In this document: piece by piece, positions 1-9,658 of the stretch
How the letters are laid out: every line of letters starts with the position of its first letter
Numbering within the stretch: the first letter of the stretch is position 1
Source of the DNA: Escherichia phage LorandFenyves_Bas91
Direction: 5' to 3' (one strand)
Sequence record: PQ850614.1
DNA: 64,000 nt
The notes under the pieces: model-generated
Seen by the model: only the letters and a program-made list of their open reading frames with translations
The model's database searches: none
What the model was told of the DNA's origin: nothing
Program-made: the position numbers and the translations under genes

Positions 1-75
1 CTTGACACTATGCAGGTTGTTCAGAATTTGCTGAAGCGTGTAGAAGAGTTAGAAGCTCAACTGGCTGCTAAGTAA
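1..75 (+). CDS. 3' end of an upstream gene (partial), coiled-coil-like C-terminus
   Basis: Open frame entering the window and ending at TAA 73-75 (...LKRVEELEAQLAAK*). Confidence 0.3.
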   Translation, partial: LDTMQVVQNLLKRVEELEAQLAAK

Positions 76-169
76 AGGATTGCCCCTTCGGGGGCTTTTA
101 GAAGTTAAACTAGTGAATAGGTAATGAAACTAATATATCCCAAGAGGTTAATATATAGGAGACACTCAA

Positions 170-388
170 ATGAAAATGATGAAACAAGCTGCATATGGTT
201 TAATCTGTTTAGGTGCAGGTGTTGTGGTGTCAACCGCAGTTCCTGTAAGCGCAGTTCATCCACTAGTAACTGTCCCTGCTCCAGTAGAGAAGCTTAGCTC
301 TCAATGCAAGCAGAGAACAATTCAAAATAACCTAGTTGTTATTTGTCCTGATGCTGAATCTAACGCTCTAAGAAAGATACTACCTTAA
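170..388 (+). CDS. small membrane/secreted protein, possibly lysis-associated
   Basis: ATG with GGAG upstream; N-terminal hydrophobic segment; immediately precedes the endolysin gene. Confidence 0.4.
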   Translation: MKMMKQAAYGLICLGAGVVVSTAVPVSAVHPLVTVPAPVEKLSSQCKQRTIQNNLVVICPDAESNALRKILP

Positions 389-417
389 TTTAAAGGGACC
401 ACAAAAGGAGGTTAGAA

Positions 418-909
418 ATGGATAACGTCGCATTGCCACCTGTACAATTAAACTTAAGCCCAGCTGGAATGGAATTCATCATGAAGCATGAGGGTATGAG
501 AACAAAGGCTTATAAAGATTCCGCAGGTATCTGGACTATATGTGTAGGGGCTACGCGCGATATGAATGGTTATCCGGTTAGACAAGGATTAACGTATTCT
601 ATAGAGGATTGTCTAGCTCTGCTAGATAGAGACACACAAGACTCTGTTCGTGCTACTCAGAAGAACATAAAGGTTCCTTTACTAGTTCATGAGTTTGATG
701 CACTCACTTCTTTCAACTTCAACGTTGGCAGTGGTGCTTTGAGCACATCTAAGTTAAGGAAAGTAATCAATGGAGATGTTAAGGGAGACGTTTATTCCGA
801 ATTTCTTCGTTGGGATAAAATAACGGTCAAGGGAGAGAAGCAGAGAAGTCAGGGTCTTCATAATAGAAGAGTTGCAGAAGCTAATCTTTACACCGAAGGT
901 AAATATTAA
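418..909 (+). CDS. endolysin, GH24 (T4-lysozyme-like) muramidase
   Basis: AAAGGAGG RBS; HEG...AYKDSAGIWTICVG matches the E/D/T catalytic arrangement of T4-type lysozymes. Confidence 0.85.
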   Translation: MDNVALPPVQLNLSPAGMEFIMKHEGMRTKAYKDSAGIWTICVGATRDMNGYPVRQGLTYSIEDCLALLDRDTQDSVRATQKNIKVPLLVHEFDALTSFNFNVGSGALSTSKLRKVINGDVKGDVYSEFLRWDKITVKGEKQRSQGLHNRRVAEANLYTEGKY

Positions 910-921
910 TGGAGGTGCCTT

Positions 922-1725
922 TTGGCTATCGAAACTAATGCGGTAGTTATTACCGATTTAAACCCACTCTATCCTAGAGACAGGGATTACATCTACGAGG
1001 GGGCGGCTCAAATCCGCCTCATTAAACAAACATTACAGAATACATTCCCCAATGTTACAGAACCAGTTGATATTGATTCTGACACCTTTAAGATTATGTC
1101 AGAGAAGCTCAAGTTTACTGGTGATGCAATGGATGTTGGTGGTCTTATGATCAAGAACGTTACTCCTGGAACTGGCGACAAGGACGTTGTTACTAAAGGC
1201 CAGATGGAAGCGTTCATGAAGAACTGGATGGAGAATAAGCTCTATCGAATTGGTTCTTACTACATCACTGAAGAAGATATTAACCCCGGTGATTCTATCT
1301 CCTTAGGGTTTGGTTCTTGGGCTAAAGTGACTGGTGTCATTATGGGTACTGGTGTAGTAAACCCTGATGGTTCTGTCCCTAATGCTCAGAGAGTTGAGTT
1401 CCAAGCAGGTGGTACTGGTGGTCGTGTCTTCAACACCATTCGAACAGAGAACGTACCTTTGATGACAGTTAATGGCTCCAGCTTCTCCTTATCCAGTAAC
1501 ACCCACAGCCACAATATGGTATTTGGTCGTGGAGATGCTAGTGGTCATAACAGCTCGCCAAACTGGTATAGCCCGGGTGGTGGTTACAGCCAGAGAACTG
1601 ATAATGACACACATACTCATACAATCTCTGGTAGTGTAAGTCTTGGTCGTGATGATATCTCTCGTCAACCTATTAACACTTTGCCACCATTCAGAGCAGC
1701 TCACATTTGGAGACGTATTAGCTAA
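922..1725 (+). CDS. virion/tail-associated protein
   Basis: TTG start 5 nt after GGAGGT; G/S/T/H-rich C-terminus; lies in the structural operon. Confidence 0.5.
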   Translation: MAIETNAVVITDLNPLYPRDRDYIYEGAAQIRLIKQTLQNTFPNVTEPVDIDSDTFKIMSEKLKFTGDAMDVGGLMIKNVTPGTGDKDVVTKGQMEAFMKNWMENKLYRIGSYYITEEDINPGDSISLGFGSWAKVTGVIMGTGVVNPDGSVPNAQRVEFQAGGTGGRVFNTIRTENVPLMTVNGSSFSLSSNTHSHNMVFGRGDASGHNSSPNWYSPGGGYSQRTDNDTHTHTISGSVSLGRDDISRQPINTLPPFRAAHIWRRIS

Positions 1726-1734
1726 GGAGGAATT

Positions 1735-4700
1735 ATGGCGCTGTATCCAATAAAGTCGCTAGGTGCTGTAGGCGTTATCGCTGATCAGGCTCCGACAGAC
1801 TTAGCTCCTAATGCTTTCACTAATGCTATAAATGCTCGATTTGTTGAGCAGAGAGTATTTAAGACGGGGGGCAATGCCCCTCTTTCTTATGTAGACGAAG
1901 ATAAGGATTTAACCCCTCTGTCTTTCGTTTCTATGCCTTTCGATTATTATAGCGCAGGTAATAGCTTTCTTGTTGTAGGTACAGATAAGAAGTTATATAA
2001 ACTGACAGATGAAAGCTTGACTGATATTAGCCGTAAGGTTGCTACAGTCACCAAGAAGGCTTCTGCCTCAATTAAGATTTATCCAGTTGTTTCTCAGATC
2101 GTTCCTAAAGAATCAACTATCTCAATGAACTTCAATCAGACCAAGAATCTAGAGGTTTCTCTTCTCCCTGCCGATGCTAACAATACTGATCTTATTTGGG
2201 AGGTTAGTAATTCATCCTATGGAAGTGTTACGGTAGACCCTAGTGACTCCAAACTTGCTACTCTAACATCTTTTGAGAAAGAGGGTAATCTTGTAGTAAC
2301 TATCTCTACTGCCAATGAATCCGTAGTGGCTCAGATTGCTGTTAATATCATCGATGGTGATTCAGGCATCTTCTTGAGTCAAGATACTGTTACAATTCGT
2401 AAAGGAGGGACTACTACTCTCACGGCTGTTACTGGCAAAACCCCTGTAACTTGGTCCAGCAATAACGCTTCTATTGTATCTGTAACCCCTAACGCCAACT
2501 CTTTAACTGCTGTCATTACAGCGAATGGAGAAGGTAATGTAACAATCACTGCTGATAACGGGACTAAGACTGCTTCTTGTGAGATTGTTTCTATCCCTCA
2601 GATTGATAGTATCTCTTTAAGCCAGTCAGATGTTACTGTGAGTAGAGGTTCTCAGTATATTTTAACTGCCACCCTTTCTCCTGCTAACGCCCCTAATCAA
2701 AACATTACTTGGACCTCTTCTAACCCAAATATTGCAACAGTATCAGGGACTAGCACACAAGGGACAGTAAATGCTTTACTTGCTGGCTTTACTGAGATTA
2801 CAGCTACCACTGAAGAAGGTAATAGAGTTGCTGTCTGTACTGTACGTGTAGATTTAGCTGGAAGGACAATGAGAACAAGTGCTATGGCATTTGCTGCTCC
2901 TGTATCAGAGTCGGTAGAAACTCAAGATGAGGAAGTAGTAACTCCTCCTGAAAGTGAGGAAGTTGTTTATTTTGCTGAGCCTACATCTGGTATAGATACG
3001 TCAGGGATGTATGAAGGTAATAACTTCTATGACTACTCTAACGTGAATGATATTGAAGGTTTTGCAAGAGCTTCTTTACTGGCAACCCCTTTGTCATCTG
3101 TAACCTTAGATATTGTCAGCGCTTCTCTTGATGTTGGTGAAGAGATTGTCATTACAGCCACAGCTTCTCCAGAAGGTGAGTACTCTTATCAGTGGTCTGT
3201 TGATAAAACTGGTTATGTTTCTACAACTTCAGTTACTGGTAAATCTATCAAACTGGTTGCTCTTCGTAAAGGAGATATTAACGTAACATGTACTGTCAGT
3301 CAGATGACTCAGAAAGATTACGATGCTTTTGATGACTATCCTTGGTATCACGCTGTTATCTCTAACTGTGCAGTTGCTACAACTCACTATGAAACTCCTC
3401 AGGTAAAAGAATTCGAATCAGAATACTTTGTAGACCTTCCGGGGTGGGGTGAGCAAACAGTTGTTGATAATGATGGAAACCCTTCAGTCAAGAAGTTTAA
3501 CTGGAAATGTGAGAGAGTGAGATCTTTTAACAACCGTCTTTTTGCCCTGAATATGAGAGAGGCTAATGCTTCTGGTGTTACCACTAACTACCCGCTTCGT
3601 CTTCGTTGGTCTAACTTTGCCAATGAGAACAAGGCTCCTACACTGTGGGATGATTTTGCTTACGATCGTGTTGTGTCTTCGGACTTAGCTTCTAACATCG
3701 TAGGGCAGACTCAGGCTCTAGAGAATGGATATGCTGGTTACATTGATTTAGCTGACTCTAACGGCAGCTTGATTGATATCCTACCTCTTAAAGATTACTT
3801 GTTCGTTTATACAGAGTTTGAAACGTATATAGGTTCTCCGACTAATAACACGTACCAACCTCTAATGTTCAAGAAGCTCTTTAATGACTCTGGTATCCTT
3901 GCTCCTGAGTGTGTGGTTGAAGTAGAAGGTAGTCACTTCGTAGTTACTCAGAACGATGTAATCTTACACAATGGTGCAACCAAGAAGTCAATTGCATCTA
4001 ACCGTGTCAAGAACATGTTGATTAACGAGGTGTGTCTGGTTAACCCTCTAGCAACTCGAGTACACTTGCATCAGGATAAGAAAGAAGTTTGGGTTCTGTA
4101 CGTAGGTCCGGGAGAACCAAAAGAAAGCTTCGCTTGTACTAAAGCTGCTGTATGGAATTATGAGTTTGATACTTGGTCTTTCCGTACTATTCCATATGCT
4201 CAGTGTATCGGTCTTGTTGATCCTCCTGTTTTAGAAAGAGGTCCAATCTGGTCTGACTTCCAAGAAATCACTTGGGATGACCCATCTATTAAAGAACTTG
4301 TTTGGAGAAAGGATGCAACAAACTTCAGACAGAGGGTTACGATAGTAGGTTCGTTCTTGAGGGGATTCTATCAGGTGGATGTAGGTGCTCTTGACTATTT
4401 CTATGACAGGCTAAACGATGTTGTTATAGAGAAGCCTCTGGAAATGAGGTTGGAGAGGACTGGTATAGATTTTGATAATGTGACTAATGAGTGGAATCAG
4501 AAGCATATTAACAGGTTCCGGCCTCAGACAACCGGTTCAGGTATTTACATATTTGAAGCTGGTGGTAGTCAATTCTCAAATGAATATGGACACCCACACA
4601 CATCGAAGACTTATACAATTGGTGTTGACAGGCATGTCTCGGTGAGACTGAACCATCCATACCTTTTCTATAATGTTATAGATAATGATGTTAACAGTAA

Positions 4701-4752
4701 TGCTGCTATCAATGGTTTAACGATAGAGTTTGCTGTTGGCGGGCGGAGATAA
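1735..4752 (+). CDS. tail fibre/adhesin with tandem bacterial Ig-like (Big_2-type) domains
   Basis: AAGGAGG RBS; 1005 aa; several ~80-aa repeats of Big_2 character (e.g. SSNNASIVSVTPNANSLTAVITANGEGNVTITA); distinct C-terminal domain. Confidence 0.75.
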   Translation: MALYPIKSLGAVGVIADQAPTDLAPNAFTNAINARFVEQRVFKTGGNAPLSYVDEDKDLTPLSFVSMPFDYYSAGNSFLVVGTDKKLYKLTDESLTDISRKVATVTKKASASIKIYPVVSQIVPKESTISMNFNQTKNLEVSLLPADANNTDLIWEVSNSSYGSVTVDPSDSKLATLTSFEKEGNLVVTISTANESVVAQIAVNIIDGDSGIFLSQDTVTIRKGGTTTLTAVTGKTPVTWSSNNASIVSVTPNANSLTAVITANGEGNVTITADNGTKTASCEIVSIPQIDSISLSQSDVTVSRGSQYILTATLSPANAPNQNITWTSSNPNIATVSGTSTQGTVNALLAGFTEITATTEEGNRVAVCTVRVDLAGRTMRTSAMAFAAPVSESVETQDEEVVTPPESEEVVYFAEPTSGIDTSGMYEGNNFYDYSNVNDIEGFARASLLATPLSSVTLDIVSASLDVGEEIVITATASPEGEYSYQWSVDKTGYVSTTSVTGKSIKLVALRKGDINVTCTVSQMTQKDYDAFDDYPWYHAVISNCAVATTHYETPQVKEFESEYFVDLPGWGEQTVVDNDGNPSVKKFNWKCERVRSFNNRLFALNMREANASGVTTNYPLRLRWSNFANENKAPTLWDDFAYDRVVSSDLASNIVGQTQALENGYAGYIDLADSNGSLIDILPLKDYLFVYTEFETYIGSPTNNTYQPLMFKKLFNDSGILAPECVVEVEGSHFVVTQNDVILHNGATKKSIASNRVKNMLINEVCLVNPLATRVHLHQDKKEVWVLYVGPGEPKESFACTKAAVWNYEFDTWSFRTIPYAQCIGLVDPPVLERGPIWSDFQEITWDDPSIKELVWRKDATNFRQRVTIVGSFLRGFYQVDVGALDYFYDRLNDVVIEKPLEMRLERTGIDFDNVTNEWNQKHINRFRPQTTGSGIYIFEAGGSQFSNEYGHPHTSKTYTIGVDRHVSVRLNHPYLFYNVIDNDVNSNAAINGLTIEFAVGGRR

Positions 4753-4756
4753 CAAC

Positions 4757-4785
4757 AAGGGGCTTCGTGCCCCTTTTATTGTTTT
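4757..4785 (+). terminator. intrinsic terminator/attenuator hairpin
   Basis: AAGGGGC-TTCGT-GCCCCTT stem-loop followed by TTATTGTTTT, between the tail-fibre gene and the next start. Confidence 0.55.
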
Positions 4786-4795
4786 GGAGGAACTT

Positions 4796-5764
4796 ATGGG
4801 TGCAGGTGGTTTTCGTAAGAATACTGGTCGCAACAACACCACACTCCCGTACAACGTTGGGTTTCTCAATAATGTACAGGACACAGAAACATATAACGTA
4901 GCCGTGTATGATGAATTACAAAAAGTTAGCACAGCTACTAACCAAATGTTCCAAGCTATAGATGAAATTCACGAAGAGATTGATGTTCGTATTAAAGCTC
5001 TTAATGCAATGAATCTACAATTTGATGAGCTTGAGAATAGAATTACTACAGAGATAGAAACAGCTATTGCAGATATCCAAACACAGATGGGGAATCTCTC
5101 CACTGAAGATATTTGGGATAATTCTGTTCAACCTCCTGTAAAATTAGAAAGCACTGTATCTGGCTTTAAAACAAGTATTGAGGGTAACACAACTAAGATT
5201 CAAACGGTAGAAGGTATTGTCAATGACCAAGGTCAAGAGATTGCTTTAGTTCAGACAGAGATTCAAAATATTAATGGAAGCCTATCTCAGTATATGAAGC
5301 TCTCTGAGTATGAAGCTACGTGGGGTGTTAACTCTACAGTAAACGGAAGATATGCTGGGGTCAAGTTAACTAACAACGGAACAAACAGTCAATTCCAAGT
5401 AACAGCTAACAAGTTTATTGTTGGTGATGGCAGCTCTGGTAACACACCTTTTGTGTTTGAGGGTGGTAGGGCTAGAATGGAATTCGCTGACATAAAGAAC
5501 GTCAATATCACAACAGCTCAGATTGCTAACGCTAGAATCCAATGGGCACAGATCGATAACGTATCCATCTCCAATGCTCAGATTCAGAACTTGTCAGCGG
5601 ATAAGATTACTGCTGGCTCTATGTGGGGTTCTAACTGGAGACTTACTGTTGGTGGGGACTTTGTTATGGGTGGCACAGGTGGGGCACAATTGTGGATGAA
5701 TGGTAACAGAATAGACTTCTACGATGGAAGTGGTGCTCTGAGAATCAGGATAGGGAGTTGGTAA
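4796..5764 (+). CDS. tail fibre-like protein (coiled-coil N-terminus, repeat-bearing C-terminus)
   Basis: ATG at 4796 after GGAGG (the ORF track begins at an upstream TTG overlapping the previous gene); IxNAxIQ-type repeats. Confidence 0.6.
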   Translation: MGAGGFRKNTGRNNTTLPYNVGFLNNVQDTETYNVAVYDELQKVSTATNQMFQAIDEIHEEIDVRIKALNAMNLQFDELENRITTEIETAIADIQTQMGNLSTEDIWDNSVQPPVKLESTVSGFKTSIEGNTTKIQTVEGIVNDQGQEIALVQTEIQNINGSLSQYMKLSEYEATWGVNSTVNGRYAGVKLTNNGTNSQFQVTANKFIVGDGSSGNTPFVFEGGRARMEFADIKNVNITTAQIANARIQWAQIDNVSISNAQIQNLSADKITAGSMWGSNWRLTVGGDFVMGGTGGAQLWMNGNRIDFYDGSGALRIRIGSW

Positions 5765-5765
5765 T

Positions 5766-6797
5766 ATGGCATACGGAATATGGACACAACCAGTAGGGCC
5801 GGGGCCAGCAACCCCCGCTCCCTTATTTATTGATAGCGGAAGCACTTTCCCTCAGTTCAAGAATAGTATAAGAGGGAGTTTTAACTTTAATGGGGCTGGG
5901 AGATCTTTCCCTATTAGTGGATGGGATGGCAGTGGTCAGATAGTTATTGTTCCTACCGGTTCTTTATGCTGGCAATGGGAAGTCCCTCCTAACCTAGTTC
6001 CTGATGTTTATTGTGTGAATAATATCTACGTAGAAAACAGTTCCTCTTTTAGAGTTACTCTGAATCAGAACCCCGGCAGTAACCCCTTATTTGACTGTGG
6101 GTTCAACGTATATCAAATATGGCCTAGAGCGGATAGGAATTACGGAATTACCTTTTCTAACACAGCAGACTACTTCTCGATATCTGATAGTGGGGTCGTC
6201 GGTCAATGTATTTGGGCTTGGCAGGGGACCATAAACAATGCCCTTCAGATACCAAATATCGGTGGGTTCAATATGACCAATGCTGTTGTGTTTGCTAATT
6301 GGTCTGATGGAGGGATAGGACTATCTTATACCTCTGATGACAGGGTTATTCGTGTTTATCAGAACAGACCTTACATAAACGGCAACACTAACGAGGGTGG
6401 TTCTGTGTTTGCTAGAGTTGCAGTATTCTGCAATGGAGCAGGAGTTCCGGAACATAATGGAGGTTTGAATATTTATTCTCCGGGTACCACGCAATGTGTC
6501 TTCTCTACTAACAGAACACCTTTCACTGTGGATACTTTTATAGGCTCAGGAGGCGGTAACACTGGAATGGCATACCCTATGATACCTCTTACCTCTGGAA
6601 TAGGTGCGATAAAAGGCCAAGGCAGTGGATGGAGATATCAGCAAATGAGATCTCACACCATGAGTGGTTCTACGATAGGAACGGGCTATGGAAGGTATTT
6701 ATTTCAGTGGGATCAGAATTACGACCTAGGAGCTGATACTGTAGTTAATTTATCAGTTCCTGTAATAAATGCAGCTAAGGTTTTTGCTGGACTATAA
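5766..6797 (+). CDS. structural protein (tail fibre/tip-like), G/S/N-rich
   Basis: Tightly coupled to the preceding gene; beta-rich composition. Confidence 0.5.
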   Translation: MAYGIWTQPVGPGPATPAPLFIDSGSTFPQFKNSIRGSFNFNGAGRSFPISGWDGSGQIVIVPTGSLCWQWEVPPNLVPDVYCVNNIYVENSSSFRVTLNQNPGSNPLFDCGFNVYQIWPRADRNYGITFSNTADYFSISDSGVVGQCIWAWQGTINNALQIPNIGGFNMTNAVVFANWSDGGIGLSYTSDDRVIRVYQNRPYINGNTNEGGSVFARVAVFCNGAGVPEHNGGLNIYSPGTTQCVFSTNRTPFTVDTFIGSGGGNTGMAYPMIPLTSGIGAIKGQGSGWRYQQMRSHTMSGSTIGTGYGRYLFQWDQNYDLGADTVVNLSVPVINAAKVFAGL

Positions 6798-6809
6798 CAA
6801 GGAGATATT

Positions 6810-7592
6810 ATGGCAATTAAGATGGGTATTGAAGAACTAGACCCAATGGTTCAACAGGCTTCAAAGAAGTATGGGATTCCTGCTGCTTTGATTCATGCTG
6901 TAATCCAAAGAGAGTCTAGTGGTCGTCCTACAGTAGCCTCTGGAACTGGTCCTGTAGGCTTAATGCAGATCAGTAAAGGGTTGGCTAAAGACTACGGTTA
7001 CAAACTAGAAGACAGACTTGACCCAGCAAAGAATATTGATATGGGTGCTCGTTATATTCGAGATAACTTAAAGGCTTTTAATGGTGATGTTAAGAAAGCA
7101 ATGGTTGGTTATTCAGAAGGTATTGGTGGAGCTAAGCAAATGTTCGCTGGTAAAAAGGGATTTACACCTCAAGCCCTTGACTCAATGAACAACAAACACT
7201 TTCTTCCTTTCTATGGTGATGCAGCTTCTCAGATTGCTAACCCTATCGGAGCTTTGCAAGCTGTTCAACCAGTTAACCAATTTAGTCCGGATATTCTTGA
7301 TAGAGAGAAGGCTTCTCAAGCTCCAACTCAGGCAGAAATTGCTGCTTCTAAGACTGGTGCTTTAGGTGGTAATCCAGTAGAGTTTTACTCTGATGGGGCA
7401 CAAGAAGGGGAAGATCAGAAGCCTCAGCAGAACTTTGGTAATGCAGTATTAGGGGTAGCTGCTATGCTTGCTGGTAAACCTCCCACCTCTCAAACAGTTC
7501 AGAGGGCAAGTGCACCACATGCAGCAGGTTCTCAGTACAGCCCACAAACACAAGCAGTGCTCCGACGTCTGGCTAGCATTGGTATAAAGTAA
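6810..7592 (+). CDS. virion protein with lytic transglycosylase (SLT) domain
   Basis: AVIQRESSG...GLMQIS matches the SLT catalytic Glu-Ser and GLMQ motifs; position among internal virion genes. Confidence 0.75.
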   Translation: MAIKMGIEELDPMVQQASKKYGIPAALIHAVIQRESSGRPTVASGTGPVGLMQISKGLAKDYGYKLEDRLDPAKNIDMGARYIRDNLKAFNGDVKKAMVGYSEGIGGAKQMFAGKKGFTPQALDSMNNKHFLPFYGDAASQIANPIGALQAVQPVNQFSPDILDREKASQAPTQAEIAASKTGALGGNPVEFYSDGAQEGEDQKPQQNFGNAVLGVAAMLAGKPPTSQTVQRASAPHAAGSQYSPQTQAVLRRLASIGIK

Positions 7593-7611
7593 TAATCTTT
7601 AAGGAGGACTT

Positions 7612-8664
7612 ATGTCTTTATTTGGAAAATCAGCTTCTAGCAAAACCACAGTGGCCCCTTCCTCTCAGGTTGATGCCCTGCTGAAGCAGATTGTTGCTAA
7701 TGCTCAGAATATGCAGAACAACGATCCGGGATTCATCTCCCAACAGCTGGCTGGGTTTAATGGCAATCAACAAGGCGCTCTGAACAACTTAGCAGCTTCT
7801 ACTACTCAGAAGCAATTGGCTGATATGTACACGCCTCGTACACAGCAAGGGTTGGACCAATTAAACTCTCTTGCACAGCAGTATCAGAATATTGTCAACG
7901 GTGGTGGTCTAACTGCTGATGGTGTTAATAACTTCAGTAAAGGATTGAATAACTCAGCTCTTGCTCAAGCGACTAGTAAGGCAGCTTCCAATGTATCTCT
8001 AGGAAATGGTTCTGATTCAGGCTCTCTCCGTAGAGCTGCTGCTCAAGGTGCTGCTCTGAACAGTGCTAACACTAACCTAGCTCGTACTATTAGTGGCAAG
8101 AATATGGGAATCAGTGCTCTTCAACAAGACCAAAACTTCCAGAGGGGATTGCTTGGTGCTCAGTCAGGATTGGCTGGACAGAATCTCAACCTTGGTGCTC
8201 AAGGTGTTCAGGCAACCCAACAAGCTATCCAGAATCAACTCATGGCTGGTAATCTACAACAGCAACAAGCCCAAGCTCAAGCTGATATTAATTGGCAGAA
8301 TGCTATTGGCTCTCAACAGTATGGGTGGAATCAGCTTAACAACCAACTTAATGTATTAAATAGTGTAAGCCCAATGGCTGGGTACACGATTAAGAATGCT
8401 GCTCCGGGGGTTAATACTGGACAACAGCTCCTAGGTGCTGGTATCACTGGATTAGGTATTGCAGGGCGTATGGGTGCTTTCTCTCCTAATCAACAGACTC
8501 AGAATGCTTGGAGTTCCTATAACAACTCAGGTGGGCAATCTGGAATGGCTGGCCCTATGATTGGAGGTTCTAATCTTTCTCAACAGAGAGGTCAGTCTAA
8601 CTGGTTATCCACAGCAGGTAGTAATATCTTAGGTGGTGTTTTAGGGGCATTTGGAGCAAACTAA
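7612..8664 (+). CDS. Q/N/G-rich internal virion protein
   Basis: AAGGAGG RBS; low-complexity Q/N/G/A composition; operon context. Confidence 0.5.
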   Translation: MSLFGKSASSKTTVAPSSQVDALLKQIVANAQNMQNNDPGFISQQLAGFNGNQQGALNNLAASTTQKQLADMYTPRTQQGLDQLNSLAQQYQNIVNGGGLTADGVNNFSKGLNNSALAQATSKAASNVSLGNGSDSGSLRRAAAQGAALNSANTNLARTISGKNMGISALQQDQNFQRGLLGAQSGLAGQNLNLGAQGVQATQQAIQNQLMAGNLQQQQAQAQADINWQNAIGSQQYGWNQLNNQLNVLNSVSPMAGYTIKNAAPGVNTGQQLLGAGITGLGIAGRMGAFSPNQQTQNAWSSYNNSGGQSGMAGPMIGGSNLSQQRGQSNWLSTAGSNILGGVLGAFGAN

Positions 8665-8676
8665 AGGAGATTTGAT

Positions 8677-9645
8677 ATGGGACTTTTCGGAGGAGGGGGT
8701 AGTAAAACTACTTCCCAAATGATTCGCCCTGAATACATTCAACAGTATATTGACCAGCTTAACCAGCAGATCGGTAATACTAGTTCAGGAGATTATGTTT
8801 ATCGAGATAATGTAGGGTTTAATAATAATCAGACAGAGGCACTTAATAACCTAGCACAATCTGGCGCTTTGGGCACGCTCTCACAGCAATATATGGATGC
8901 AGCAGGTCAAGGCTTGGGCTATCTAGATAATGCCTATAAAGGCTATCAGAGCCTCTCTGGACAAGGTGGGATTACTGGAGAACAGATTGGTGCTCTCGCT
9001 GGTCAACTGTATGATGATGACGCTGTGCAAGCAGCCATTACAGCTAATAATGAACAGGTTCAACAAAACTTGGCACGTAATGCTCTTCCTCAGTTAGCTC
9101 AACAGTTTGCTGGTCAACAAGGTTCAGGTGCTCGTATGGCTAAGTCTTTTGCCCAAGGCGATGCTCTGAATCAGATGCAGGGCCAAGCAACAGATATCAC
9201 CAATAGTGCCTATAACTCGGCTATTAGCCAAGCTGAAAGCATCCTCTCTGGTAATAGACAGAATCAGGCAGCTGCTCTCTCTGGTCTTTCTAATATTGGT
9301 TCTAACCTTTCTAACCTAGGTCAGCAGGGTGCTAATTTGTCTCAACAGCAAATAATGAATCAATGGAATGCAGGGTTGCAGCAACAACAGCAACAACAGA
9401 ATGAATATGATAATGCCTACCAGAATGCTCAGAACGCAGCTAATTGGGGATGGCAAGATATCAATAACCAACTCGGTGCAGCAGGTGTACTTAACGGTGC
9501 TCTCGGACAAACTACAACTACTAAAACATCTGGTGGCAAAGGTGGTTTCCTTGGTGGAGCTATGAGTGGTGCAGCAGCTGGCTCTTCCTTTGGACCTTGG
9601 GGTGCATTAGCTGGGGGTGTAATCGGTGGGTTGGCTAGTACTTAA
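8677..9645 (+). CDS. Q/N/G-rich internal virion protein (compositional paralogue of the preceding gene)
   Basis: AAAGGAG RBS; same compositional type; poly-Q stretch; glycine-rich C-terminus. Confidence 0.5.
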   Translation: MGLFGGGGSKTTSQMIRPEYIQQYIDQLNQQIGNTSSGDYVYRDNVGFNNNQTEALNNLAQSGALGTLSQQYMDAAGQGLGYLDNAYKGYQSLSGQGGITGEQIGALAGQLYDDDAVQAAITANNEQVQQNLARNALPQLAQQFAGQQGSGARMAKSFAQGDALNQMQGQATDITNSAYNSAISQAESILSGNRQNQAAALSGLSNIGSNLSNLGQQGANLSQQQIMNQWNAGLQQQQQQQNEYDNAYQNAQNAANWGWQDINNQLGAAGVLNGALGQTTTTKTSGGKGGFLGGAMSGAAAGSSFGPWGALAGGVIGGLAST

Positions 9646-9658
9646 TTAGGAGATAAAT

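Noticed and set aside
149-157. TAATATATA (8/9 match to the phage promoter motif) upstream of gene 170-388
   Set aside because: Overlaps the RBS, leaving no room for a leader; possibly a degenerate copy but not called.
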